This document shows positions 19,974-29,907 of a DNA stretch of 64,000 nucleotides, piece after piece (the first letter of the stretch is position 1; each line of letters starts with the position of its first letter). This DNA comes from an uncultured Actinomycetes bacterium (GTDB taxonomy: Bacteria > Actinomycetota > UBA4738 > HRBIN12). A model generated the notes under the pieces. The model was given only the letters and a program-made list of their open reading frames with translations. It did no database searches and was not told the DNA's origin. Location of the stretch: the NCBI GenBank assembly GCA_963826185.1, contig CAWGVY010000003.1, positions 69,905-133,904 on the forward strand, in the 5' to 3' direction. Position numbers and translations under genes: made by a program.

Positions 19974-21282
19974 TCAGGCGTCGGCCGGCACGCGAGCTGC
20001 GGCTGCCCGCCCGGTACCGCCGCAGCTCCGGATACGCAGCGCGACCACGCCGGCGCCGACGATGCAGGCGATGCCTCCCCTGATCACGCTGATCGTGGGC
20101 GTGAACCACGTGGCCACCATGCCGGCCTCGAAGTCGCCGAGCCGCGGCCCGCCCGTCACGACGAGGATGAAGATCCCCGAGAGGCGGCCGCGAAGGTGAT
20201 CCGGTGTGTTCACCTGCGGATCGTGGAACGGAAGATCGCGCTGAGCACGTCGGCGGCTCCGGCTAGGGCCAGGAAGAGCAGGGCGAGCCCGAGGTGCGCA
20301 CCGACCAGCCCGAAGGCCACGATGGCGGCGCCCCACGCCCACCACGGCCCAGATCACGGCGTCGCCCTGTCGCCGAACGTGCTTGACCCACCCCCCCGCG
20401 AGGGCCTGGATCAACGCCCCGACCGCCGGCGCCGCGAACAGCAGACCGACGACCTCGGGACCACGATGCAGCTGGGTGACGGCGAGGATCGGGAACAGCG
20501 CCGCCGGCATCCCGAAGATCATCGCTACCAGATCGATCACGAAGGTCGATGAGATCATGGCTGCGACGCACGAAGCCGAAGCCCTCCTTCACCGCCCTCC
20601 ACCGACCGCGCCGCTCCGGGGCGTCCTCGGCCGGCGGCATGGTCGCATCAGGAACGCGGCGATGAACATGGCTCCGTAGGTCACCAGGTCGATCGCGTAG
20701 GCGACGCCGAAGCCCCACCGCGCGATGACGATGCCGCCGATCGCCGGGCCGAGCATCTCCACGCGTTGCCACACCACCTGGTTGAGCGCCAGCGCCGAGG
20801 CGATCAGATCGGTGCCCACCGATCCGCGGCGTCATGGCCGATCGCGCGGATCCGTCGATCGTGGAGACCATGGCGAAGATCGACGCGGCCAGGTAGATCA
20901 GCGCCAGCGGGTGGATGCCCATGGATCGCCCCGGCGAGCAGGATGCCCGACCCGATCGCGAACCCCACCTGCGCCCACATCAGGAGCTTCCGACGGTCGG
21001 AGCGTCGAGGATCGCGCCCGAGTCACGGCGCCCAGACGACAGGGACGAGGACGGAGAACAACCCGGTGAGACCGACCGCCGCCGGCGACTCGTCAGGTCG
21101 TAGACCTGGACGAAGATCGCGACGAGGCTCAGCTGATAGCCCAGTTCCGAGATGAACAGCCCGCCCCAGAGCAGCCGGAAGTCGCGCGAGACGCGCAGCG
21201 GCCGAACATCGAGCGCCAGGTTCTTCGCCAGGCGCGTCAGCGCGCGTACGCGCCCAGGCTCGGCGTCAGGCGGGCCACCCAC
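19974..21282 (-). pseudogene. MFS transporter, frame-disrupted
   Basis: TM-rich MFS-like segments are scattered over ORFs 20980..21282 (DFRLLWGGLFISELGYQLSLVAIFVQVYDLT), 20263..20922, 20589..20819 (GPAIGGIVIARWGFGVAYAIDLVTYG) and 19974..20558 (FILVVTGGPRLGDFEAGMVA). Confidence 0.65.
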
Positions 21283-21330
21283 GGCCCCACGCTAGCAACC
21301 GCGGCGCGCGGCTCGCGGCCGGAGGCCGTT

Positions 21331-22678
21331 TCAGGCCACGCTCAGCGCGTCCTCGATGATCGAGAGGCCGTCCTCGAGGAGGCCGTCCTCGATGTTGATC
21401 GGCGGCAGCAGCCGGATCACGTTCCCGTACGTGCCGGCGCTCAGCACGATGAGCCCCTGGGACAGGCATCGGGCGATGATCGCGTTCGTGGCCGCGGGCT
21501 CGAGGGGCTCCTTCGTGTCGCGGTCGCTCACCAGCTCGATCGCGCACATCGCGCCGCGGCCGCGCACGTCCCCTATCAGCTCGTGGCGTCCGGCCATCTC
21601 GGCAGCGCGGTCAGGATCTTCGCGCCGACCTGGCGCGATCGGGCGAGCAGGTCCTCGCGCTCGATCTTGTCCAGGACCGCCAGGGCGCCGCGGCGGCCGC
21701 CACGGGGTTACCGCCGAAGGTGCCGCCGATCCCGCCGGGGTGCACCGCGTCCATCAGCTCCGCCCGGCCCGTGACGCCTCCGATCGGCATCCCGCCACCC
21801 AACGCCTTCGCCGTGGTGACGATGTCGGGGACGACGTCCTCGTCTTCGATCGCGAACCAGCGCCCGGCCCGGCCCATGCCGGACTGGATCTCGTCGGCGA
21901 TGAACACGATCCCGTTGGCGGCACAGAAGTCCGCGATGCCCTTCACGAATCCGGGCGCGGGCACGATGAACCCTCCCTCGCCCTCGATCGGCTCCATGAC
22001 GACGGCGGCGATGTTCTCCTCACCGATGTGCTTGTGCATCTCGTCGAGGGCGATAGGCGAGCGTGGCGCGCGTGACCTCCTCCGGGGTGTCGCCGCCGTG
22101 GGGCGCGGTAGGGGTAGGCGAACGGCAGGCGATAGACCTCGGGCGCGAAGGGGCCGATCCCCTGCTTGTACGGCATCACCTTCGCGGTGAGGCGACATGC
22201 TCATCAGGGTGCGACCGTGGAACGCGTGGTCGAAGGCCACCACGGCCTGACGGCCCGTCGCGCTGGCGCGCGATCTTCACGGCGTTCTCGACGGCCTCCG
22301 CGCCCGAGTTGACGAACATCGTCTTCATCTCGGCGTCGCCCGGAGCCAGCTCGTTCAGTCGCTCGGCCAGCTCGATGTAGGGCTCGTTCCCGGTGACGTG
22401 GAAGCAGGTGTGCGTCGTCCAGCTCAGCCTGGCGCTGGATCGCGGCCAGCGACGTCGGGCGCGCCGTGGCCGATGTTCAGTGACGGCGATCCCGGTGGCC
22501 AGATCGATCAGCCGGTTGCCGTCGACGTCCTCAACGATCGCGCCCGATGCCCGGGCGGTCACGATCGGATGGATCGAGAGGCACTCCCATGGTACGGCTT
22601 CGTCCGACGCTCGTACCAGGCCCGCGATCTGGGACCGGGGATCTCAGTGATGAGCTTGCGTTCCTGGGGGATGTCCAT
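21331..22678 (-). pseudogene. gabT: 4-aminobutyrate aminotransferase (class III PLP), frame-disrupted
   Basis: There is an ATG at 22678 with a GGAGGAG RBS. The recognisable pieces hop between frames:
- LITEIPGPRS
- IVEDVDGNRLIDLATGIAVT, NIGHGAP, AIQRQAE
- THTCFHVTGNEPYIELAERL...NSGAEAVENAVKIAR
- AFDHAFHGRT, PFAPEVYRLPFAYPYR
- VMEPIEGEGGFIVPAPGF...FIADEIQSGMGRAGRWFA...TTAKALGGGMPIGGVTGRAE
- C-terminal RGRGAMCAIELV. Confidence 0.8.
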
Positions 22679-22840
22679 CGAGCTCCTCCGTGATGGTGGC
22701 CGTGGCCTTGGCCCGCGATTCCGCAGGAGTGTCCGGCTCGAGGGTACGCCTGTCAGGCGCGTCGGGCGGCAGTCCACGGACGCCCGCCTTTGTACGCATC
22801 GTCCAGCCTCATGGACGCGGCCGGAGCTGCCCGGTTCTCC

Positions 22841-22857
22841 TGTACGTTCCGTACAAT
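22841..22857 (+). promoter_or_regulatory. candidate operator and -10 box for a leaderless pucR transcript
   Basis: Perfect inverted repeat TGTACG-ttc-CGTACA (22841-22855) overlaps TACAAT (22852-22857), which ends 6 nt before ATG 22864. A third TGTACG lies at 22791-22796. This is a motif-level inference only. Confidence 0.3.
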
Positions 22858-22863
22858 CGGGAC

Positions 22864-24415
22864 ATGGCCGTGACCGTGAAGGACATCCTGGAGGTGCCGG
22901 GTCTGGCGCTCCGCCTGCTGGCCGGCAGCAAGGCCATCTCCGCGCGGGCGATCCGGTGGGTGCACGCGAGCGAGCTGGAGGATCCTACGCCGTGGCTCAA
23001 GGGCGGGGAGGTGATCCTCACCACCGGGATGGGCATCGGCGCCACGCCGGCCAAACAGCGGGCGTACGTGAAGCGGCTGGCGGCCGCCGGCGTGCCGGTC
23101 TGGGGTTCGGCCTGGGCTTCACGCACGACGACCACGCCACGAGCGCTGGTGACCGCGGCGGAGGCGGCGAACCTGCCGCTGTTCGAGGTGCCCTACCCCG
23201 TGCCGTTCATCGCCCTCACCGAGGCGGTCTTCTCGCGCATCGTGGCGGAGCAGTTCGACACCCTGCAGCGTGCCGTCGACGCCGAACACGTGCTGACCCG
23301 TTCGGTGCTGGACGGCGGCGGGGTCGAGGGCATCGCCGATTCGCTGGCCGACGTCGTGAAGGGATGGGTGGCGCTCCTGGATCTGCACGGGATGCCGCTG
23401 GCTTCGACCTCACGGGCGGCGACCCAACGCGTGCCGAGGATCTGGGAGGAGCTGCGCGATTCCCGGCCCGAGGGGACGTCGTTCAGCGTGACGCTGGTCG
23501 ACCGCGGCCACCACGTCTGGATCCAGCCGGTGGGCGCCCAGGGGCGTGTCGAGGCGTTCCTCGCCGTCGGCAAACCGGAGCAGCCCTCGCAGATGGATCG
23601 GATCGTCGCTGGGCACGCCCTCAGCTGTTCGCGATCGAGCTGGCCAAGTCGCGTGCCGTGGCGGACGCGCAACGTCGCCTCCAGGGCGATCTCCTCGATC
23701 AGCTCGCGCGCGGCGAGCTCGCCGGGCCCGATGCCGTTCGCGACCTGGCGCGCTTCGGCTTCGGGCGCGACGCGCGAGACGTGGTGGTCGTGACCCTGGA
23801 GGGAGGGGATGCCGAAGGCGACTGGCAGATCGGCTCACGGACGATCGGTCCGGGTGGGCGGTGGGTTCCTGGTCTCAGCGCACGGTGGCGGCGTGCATCT
23901 GTTGCTCCCCGCCGAACCGCCGGTTGACCGTCGGCGCTCGTGGCGATCTCTGCGACGGTGACCCCGAGAGCGAGGTCCGCGCGGGCGCCGGCTCTCCGGT
24001 GCCGGTGACCGACGTCGGCCGATCGCTCAGGGAAGCCAGGTACGCGTTGCAGGTCTGCCGGCTGGAGGGGTGGCGCCACGCGGGCTTCGAGGACCTCGGC
24101 ACCTACCGGCTCCTGCTGTCGATGGCGGAGCCCGACGCGCTCCGGGCGTTCGCCGACTCGCTCCTCGCGCCCTTGGATGCGTACGATCGCCAGCACGACG
24201 GAGAGCTGATCACATCGCTCCAGGCCTTCCTGCAGCACAACTCCCGCTGGGAGACAGCGGCCACCCACCTATTCGTCCATCGACACACCCTCCGATACCG
24301 CATGCGGAAGGTCGAGGAGCTGACGGGGAGGGACCTCAACAGCAGTTTCGACCGTATGGAGTTCTGGCTGGCCCTCCGAGCGAGCGATCTGATGCGAGCC
24401 CATGGGGAGCCATGA
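22864..24415 (+). pseudogene. PucR-family transcriptional regulator, frame-disrupted
   Basis: N-terminal sequence MAVTVKDILEVPGLALRLLAG...WVHASELEDPTPWLKGGEVILTTG, and C-terminal PucR HTH sequence (LQAFLQHNSRWETAATHLFVHRHTLRYRMRKVEELTG). The middle part switches between the frames of ORFs 22690..23793, 22398..23927 and 23546..24415. The gene is divergent from gabT. Confidence 0.75.
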
Positions 24416-24560
24416 CCGGGCGTTGTCCGGTTCAAGTGTCCGGGCCGTACCGTCCGACCCCCGTTCGTCGAGTGGCCCGTACGGATGCCGTTCCACGGCA
24501 TACTGGCGGTCCGCGCACCGGTTCACCGTGGGTAGCTCGTCTCGACCGAGGAGGGGGAAC

Positions 24561-25999
24561 ATGGCCGACAGCCATCAGATGTTCGTCAACGGCGACTGGG
24601 TGAACTCGTCGGACGGCGCCACGCGCGACGTCATCAACCCCGCCACCGGTGAGGTGATCGCGAGCGTCCAAGAGGGGACAGCCGAGGACGCGAACCGTGC
24701 GATCGCGGCGGCGAAGAAGGCCTTCGAGGACGTCTGGTTCGACTCGACCCCGAAGGATCGGCAACTGGCGTTACTGAAGCTCGCCGACCGGGTCGAGGAG
24801 CATGCGGAAGAGATCGTCCAGCTGGAAGCCCGGAACGTGGGCAAGCCGGTGGCCGTCACGATGTCCGAGGAGATCCCCCCGATCGTCGACAACCTCCGGT
24901 TCTTCGGAGGTGCGGCTCGGACGATGGAGGGTCGGAGCGCTGGGGAGTACATGCAGGGGTTCACCTCGATCGTCCGCCGTGAGCCGATCGGGGTGGCGGG
25001 GTTGATCGCGCCGTGGAACTACCCGCTGATGATGGCCATCTGGAAGATCGGGCCCGCGCTCGCCACCGGCAACACGGTCGTGCTGAAACCCTCGGAGCTC
25101 ACACCGCTCACGGCTCTGAAGCTGGCCGAGCTGGCCGCCGACATGTTCCCGCCCGGCGTGTTCAACGTGATCACCGGCGACGGAGTGCCGGTGGGCGACA
25201 CCATGGTGAGGAGCCCGGACGTGGGGATCGTGTCGCTGACGGGCGACGTCGGCACCGGCAAGCTGATCCACTCGCAACGCCAGCGACTCATTGAAACGTG
25301 TGCACCTGGAGCTGGGCGGCAAGGCCCCGGTCATCATCTTCGACGACGCCGATATCGAGACCGCGGTCGAGTGGGTGAAGATCGCCGGCTACTTCAACGC
25401 CGGACAGGACTGCACGGCGGCCTGCCGGGTGCTGGTGGGACCCGCGCAGTACGACAACGTGCTCGCCGAGTTGGTACCGGCGGTGGAGTCGATCAAGATG
25501 GGCGATCCGTTCGACGGACGAGACCGAGGTCGGGTCCGTGATCTCGAAGGAGCAACTGGAGCGTGTCGAAGGCTTCGTGGAGCGTGCCGAGGAGGCGGGC
25601 GGCAAGGTCTTGACCGGCGGTCACGCGATGAAGCGCGACGGGTTCTTCTACGCGCCCACGGTGGTGGCCAACGTCACCCAGGACGCGGAGATCATCCAAC
25701 GCGAGGTGTTCGGGCCGGTCGTGACGGTGCAGCGCTTCGACGACGAGGACCAGGCGCTCGCGTGGGCGAACGGGATCGACTACGGCCTCGCCTCGTCCGT
25801 GTGGACGCGCGACGTGGGCCGCGCCATGCGGATGTCGCGCCGCCTCCAGTTCGGCTGTGTGTGGGTGAACACGCACATCCCGCTCACGCCGGAGATGCCG
25901 CACGGCGGCTACAAGCAGTCCGGGCACGGCAAGGACATGTCCGTGTACTCGCTGGAGGACTACACCAACATCAAGCACGTGATGGTGAGCCTCGACTGA
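24561..25999 (+). pseudogene. patD: gamma-aminobutyraldehyde dehydrogenase-like aldehyde dehydrogenase with two frame changes
   Basis: ATG 24561 follows GGAGGGGG. The sequence resembles E. coli PatD/YdcW along its length (APWNYPLMMAIWKIGPALATGNTVVLKPSELTPLTALKLAEL; LKRVHLELGGKAP; [13 protein letters not shown]; EVFGPVV; [13 protein letters not shown]). The frame changes at about 25265 and about 25517. Confidence 0.8.
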
Positions 26000-26074
26000 A
26001 CTAGCGGGCTCTACTACTCGACACGACCGGGGGCATCCGTGGATGCCCCGACCGGGAAGGATGGTGAGCCGCAC

Positions 26075-27505
26075 ATGACTGACGTACGACCGTTCCTGGT
26101 CAACGGCGAGTGGCGCACCGGCGACGGCACGCTCGACGTGAAGAGCCCCTACGACGGCAGCGTCGTGGCGACCCTGGGCGTCCCCACGGCGGCCGACGTG
26201 GAGGAGGCCACCGCGATGGCGGCCGAGACCTTCAAGGAGTCGCAACACCTGCCGGTGTGCGCGCGCTCGGAGGCGCTCGACCACATCTCGAAACGGCTGT
26301 CCGAGACGATCGAGGAGAACGCGAAGCTGATCGCGGCCGAGGGTGGCAAGCCGATCAAGTGGGCGACGGTGGAAGCGACGCGTGCCGTGTCCACGTTCCG
26401 ATGGGCCTCGGAGGTGATCCGCCACGGCGACGACGAGCTGATGCGTCTGGACACGGAGCAGGCGCTCGGGTCGCGGGTGGGGCTGCTGCGCCGATTCCCC
26501 ATCGGGCCGGTGTTGGGGATCACGCCGTTCAACTTCCCGCTGAACCTAGTGGCTCACAAGGTGGCGCCGTCGCTGGGCGTGGGAGCCCCCATCGTGGTGA
26601 AGCCCGCGAGCGCCACGCCCATCGGCTCGCTGCGTCTGGCGGAGTTCTTCGCGGAGACGGACCTGCCCAAGGGCATGTACCAGGTGCTGCCGGTCACATC
26701 GAAGGTCGCCGACGGCATGGCTCGAGACGAGCGCTACAGGAAGATCTCGTTCACCGGCTCCTCCGAGATCGGCTGGTACCTGAAGGGCCTCGACCCGAAG
26801 AAGCGTGTGACGCTCGAGCTGGGCGGCAACGCCGGGGTGATCGTGCATGCGGACGCGGATCTGGACTTCGCCGCCCAGCGTGTGGCTTTCGGCGGCTACT
26901 ACCAGGCCGGGCAGAGCTGCATCAGCGTGCAGCGCGTGCTGGTGTCCTCCGAGGTGTACGAGGACTTCGCGACGCGGCTGACGAAGCAGGTGGAGTCGCT
27001 CAAGGTGGGCGATCCGATGGATCCCACGGTAGACGTAGGCCCCGTGATCCAACGCCAAGAGGTCGAACGCATCCAGTCGTGGGTGGACGAGGCCGTCTCT
27101 CAGGGGGCCGAGGTGCTGACCGGTGGGAAAGGCGACGGACCGTTCTTCCAGCCGACGCTGATCTCCGATGTGACGCCTGAGATGAAGGTGTGCCGGGAGG
27201 AAGTGTTCGGTCCGGTCGTCACGATCAGTCCCTATCAGACCTTCGAGGACGCACTGGCCACCGTGAACGACTCGAAGTACGGCCTGCAGGCTGGGGTCTT
27301 CACCAACGACATCAACCGCGCCATGCTGGCCCACCGCACCCTGGAGGTGGGGGGCGTCATCGTGAACGACGTCAGCGCGTTCCGAGCCGACCAGATGCCC
27401 TATGGGGGATCGAAGGACTCCGGCTTCGGGCGGGAGGGTCTGCGGTTCGCGATGGAGGAGATGACCGAGCAGCGCATCATGGTCCTGTCCCACGTTCCGC
27501 TGTAG
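26075..27505 (+). CDS. aldehyde dehydrogenase family protein (intact; possibly the semialdehyde dehydrogenase of this locus)
   Basis: Motifs ELGGNAG, YYQAGQSCISVQR (catalytic Cys) and EEVFGPV. I chose ATG 26075 (MTDVRPFLVNGEW), which follows a GGAAGGA RBS. Confidence 0.8.
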   Translation: MTDVRPFLVNGEWRTGDGTLDVKSPYDGSVVATLGVPTAADVEEATAMAAETFKESQHLPVCARSEALDHISKRLSETIEENAKLIAAEGGKPIKWATVEATRAVSTFRWASEVIRHGDDELMRLDTEQALGSRVGLLRRFPIGPVLGITPFNFPLNLVAHKVAPSLGVGAPIVVKPASATPIGSLRLAEFFAETDLPKGMYQVLPVTSKVADGMARDERYRKISFTGSSEIGWYLKGLDPKKRVTLELGGNAGVIVHADADLDFAAQRVAFGGYYQAGQSCISVQRVLVSSEVYEDFATRLTKQVESLKVGDPMDPTVDVGPVIQRQEVERIQSWVDEAVSQGAEVLTGGKGDGPFFQPTLISDVTPEMKVCREEVFGPVVTISPYQTFEDALATVNDSKYGLQAGVFTNDINRAMLAHRTLEVGGVIVNDVSAFRADQMPYGGSKDSGFGREGLRFAMEEMTEQRIMVLSHVPL

Positions 27506-27520
27506 GCGTCCGAACCTCGG

Positions 27521-27820
27521 ATGAGCCGTTCCGCCGTCCTCACGGTCGTGCTGCCGTTCGTCGTCGCCTTCGCGCTGGGGTTCGCGTCCTTCACGATGTT
27601 CCGTCGCGGCAATCCGGGCCGGCGGCCCTGGTGGGGCAGCCCGTGGTTGTGGCTCGGCGTCTGCGTGATCAGCATCGTGCTCGGGGTCCTCGTGTGGCCG
27701 TGGTTGTTCGGCGGTGTCTTCCTCTTCCTGCCGTTCGTCTGGATCGGGCGGCGCCCGGGCGGGACACGGATGGATCCGCGGACCAACGGTCACGCTCGCT
27801 CGAACGGAGAGCGGCGCTAG
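27521..27820 (+). CDS. small hypothetical membrane protein (about 3 TM segments)
   Basis: 99-aa ORF with hydrophobic segments. I recognise no family. Confidence 0.4.
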   Translation: MSRSAVLTVVLPFVVAFALGFASFTMFRRGNPGRRPWWGSPWLWLGVCVISIVLGVLVWPWLFGGVFLFLPFVWIGRRPGGTRMDPRTNGHARSNGERR

Positions 27821-28494
27821 GCCGAACCAGCCAGCGTTCGGTCGACGAAGGAGCCCACCAGTCCGGCGGCCTCTTTCTCCCGCCGCCAGAGGAAATGGTC
27901 TGTCCCTTCGATGACGATCACCTCCGCCGTCGGGAAGGATGCCGCCATCGCGCGGAGTCGGTCCACAGGGCAGAACCGGTCGCCGTCACCGGCCAGGAGC
28001 AGGACGGGGCGGCGGAAGCTGATCAAACGGTCCGCGCTCGGGAGGTCGGGCAGCGTGACGTCGGCGGGCTCGAGCGGGATCCCGATCAGCACGAGCATGC
28101 TCACGCGCTCGTCATCCAGCGCCTCGCGCACCGCCACGTTGGCTCCGAACGACCAGCCGCACAGAACCGTGGGCAGATCCCAAGCACGCTCACGAGCCAC
28201 GCCGATAGCGCTCCGCACGTCGCGGACCTCGCCGTGGCCACCCCCGTAGGTTCCGGCGGAACCCATCACACCACGGAAGTTGAACGACAGGGTGGCGAGT
28301 CCGCGCCGGCCCGCCAGATCGTTGCGCACCGCCCACAGGATCGGGTGATCCTTGCTGCCTCCGTGCTGGGGATGGGGGTGGCAGATCACCGCCGATCCCC
28401 GGGGTGGTCCGTCCGGGAGCCGTAGCTCACCCTCCAGGCGGACGCCATCATCCGTCGCGAACGTGATCGGCTCCACGGCATGGGACGATGGCAC
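27817..28494 (-). CDS. alpha/beta hydrolase (COG2945-like)
   Basis: Motifs CHPHPQHGGS and a GWSFG nucleophile elbow. It has a GTG start. Confidence 0.65.
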   Translation of the reverse strand: MPSSHAVEPITFATDDGVRLEGELRLPDGPPRGSAVICHPHPQHGGSKDHPILWAVRNDLAGRRGLATLSFNFRGVMGSAGTYGGGHGEVRDVRSAIGVARERAWDLPTVLCGWSFGANVAVREALDDERVSMLVLIGIPLEPADVTLPDLPSADRLISFRRPVLLLAGDGDRFCPVDRLRAMAASFPTAEVIVIEGTDHFLWRREKEAAGLVGSFVDRTLAGSA

Positions 28495-29426
28495 CGATGG
28501 TGACGGAGCGACAACCGAGAGGCACGGCGTTCGCGCTCCGGGACCCCCTGCCGTGGCCTCGGTTCTCGGGGATCGTCCGCGATGGTGAGGCTGCCGGGTA
28601 CCGGGCGGTCTTCCTGCCCGAGATCACGGGGCGCGACGCCTTGGCCGCGCTCGTGGGACTCGCGGGCGAGACCCAACGATTGATGCTGGGCACGGGCATC
28701 GTGCCGATGACCTCGCGGCTTGCACGTCTCACCGCCATGGGGGCGGCCACGGTCCAGGAGCGCTCAGGCGGCCGGATGATCCTTGGTCTGGGCACGGGTG
28801 CCGCCGGCAAGGGTGCCCTCGACGAACTCGCACGGCAGGTCCTGGAGATCCGTGGGTTGCTGGATGGGGCCGAGGGTCTCGCCCTGCGGGCGGCGGAGCC
28901 GGTGCCGATCTGGATCTCGGCGCTCGGACCCCGCGCCGTGCGCCTGGCGGGTCGACTCGCCGATGGTGTTCTGCTCAACTGGTGCTCGCCGGAGCGGGTC
29001 GAAGAGGCGCGCGCGTCGGTGCGCCGCGCCGCCGGCGAAGCTGGACGCGATCCCGATGCCGTGACGATCGCCGTGTACGTTCGGGCGTCGGTGGGGGTGG
29101 ATCCGGGGGCCTCGTTGGCCGCACTCCGGGAGGCCTTCGGTGAATACGCCTCCTACGCGTCCTACGCACGTCAGTTCGCCGGGATGGGGATGGGCGACGA
29201 GGCCGAGGCGGCGGCGGCGGCCTTCCGCGCGGGCCACCCCGAGGACATCCCCGAGTCGTTGGTGCGCCGCATCTGTCTCCTGGGAGACGCCGGCGACGCA
29301 CGGACACGTCTCCTCGCCTACGGCGAGGCGGGCGCGGACCTCCCCGTCGTCTATCCGGCTCTGCTCGCCGGCGACGACGGGGCCTCCCTCCTGACCACCC
29401 TCCGATCCCTGGCGCCTACTGGCTGA
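28488..29426 (+). CDS. LLM-class (luciferase-like) F420-dependent oxidoreductase
   Basis: Luciferase-like monooxygenase family sequence (AGYRAVFLPEITGRDA, RMILGLGTG). The start codon is uncertain; ATG 28488, ATG 28497 and GTG 28500 are candidates. Confidence 0.65.
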   Translation: MAPMVTERQPRGTAFALRDPLPWPRFSGIVRDGEAAGYRAVFLPEITGRDALAALVGLAGETQRLMLGTGIVPMTSRLARLTAMGAATVQERSGGRMILGLGTGAAGKGALDELARQVLEIRGLLDGAEGLALRAAEPVPIWISALGPRAVRLAGRLADGVLLNWCSPERVEEARASVRRAAGEAGRDPDAVTIAVYVRASVGVDPGASLAALREAFGEYASYASYARQFAGMGMGDEAEAAAAAFRAGHPEDIPESLVRRICLLGDAGDARTRLLAYGEAGADLPVVYPALLAGDDGASLLTTLRSLAPTG

Positions 29427-29470
29427 CCTGGGATCCAGCACCCTCCAGGCAGCGCGCGACCGGCGCGTCG

Positions 29471-29476
29471 TATGAT
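29471..29476 (+). promoter_or_regulatory. candidate -10 hexamer for the ferredoxin gene
   Basis: TATGAT sits in a locally AT-rich patch 37 nt upstream of ATG 29513. A GGAAAAGGGG RBS lies between them. Confidence 0.25.
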
Positions 29477-29512
29477 TTGTGAGGTCGACACCGTGGAAAA
29501 GGGGTAAATGCG

Positions 29513-29839
29513 ATGACGTACACGATCTGCGAGCCCTGCATCGACGTGAAGGACCGGGCCTGCGTGGACGAGTGTCCGGTGGATTGCATCTATGAGGGCC
29601 CTCGGATGCTCTACATCCAGCCCGACGAGTGCGTGGATTGCGGGGCCTGCGAGCCCGCCTGCCCCGTGACCGCCATCTTCTACGAGGACGACGTCCCCGG
29701 CGACTGGAAGCAGTTCACACCGGTCAACGCCGAGTGGTTCGCCGAATCCGTGAGCGGTGTCGGGTCGCCCGGGGGCGCTGCGCAGGTCGGCCCAGCCGCG
29801 ATCGATCATCCGGTGGTGGCCGCCTGGGAGGTCGTGTAG
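29513..29839 (+). CDS. fdxA: 7Fe-type ferredoxin
   Basis: Motifs CPVDCI and CVDCGACEPACP. The N-terminus (MTYTICEPCIDVKDRACVDECP) is typical of actinobacterial FdxA. Confidence 0.9.
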   Translation: MTYTICEPCIDVKDRACVDECPVDCIYEGPRMLYIQPDECVDCGACEPACPVTAIFYEDDVPGDWKQFTPVNAEWFAESVSGVGSPGGAAQVGPAAIDHPVVAAWEVV

Positions 29840-29856
29840 TCCTCCCTTCTGCGTGT

Positions 29857-29887
29857 GATGGGTCACGGGCCTGGTCCGTGACCCATC
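29857..29887 (+). terminator. GC-rich hairpin downstream of fdxA
   Basis: Perfect 12-bp stem (GATGGGTCACGG / CCGTGACCCATC) with a 7-nt loop, 18 nt after the fdxA stop. There is no U-tract. Confidence 0.4.
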
Positions 29888-29907
29888 GCCTTGGGTGGAC
29901 GCCCCGG

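Noticed and set aside
17170-25530. Programmed ribosomal frameshifting or recoding as an explanation for the frame changes.
   Set aside because: There are far too many switches per gene, in both directions. I saw no slippery heptamers or stimulatory structures at the junctions I examined, and six unrelated genes are affected.
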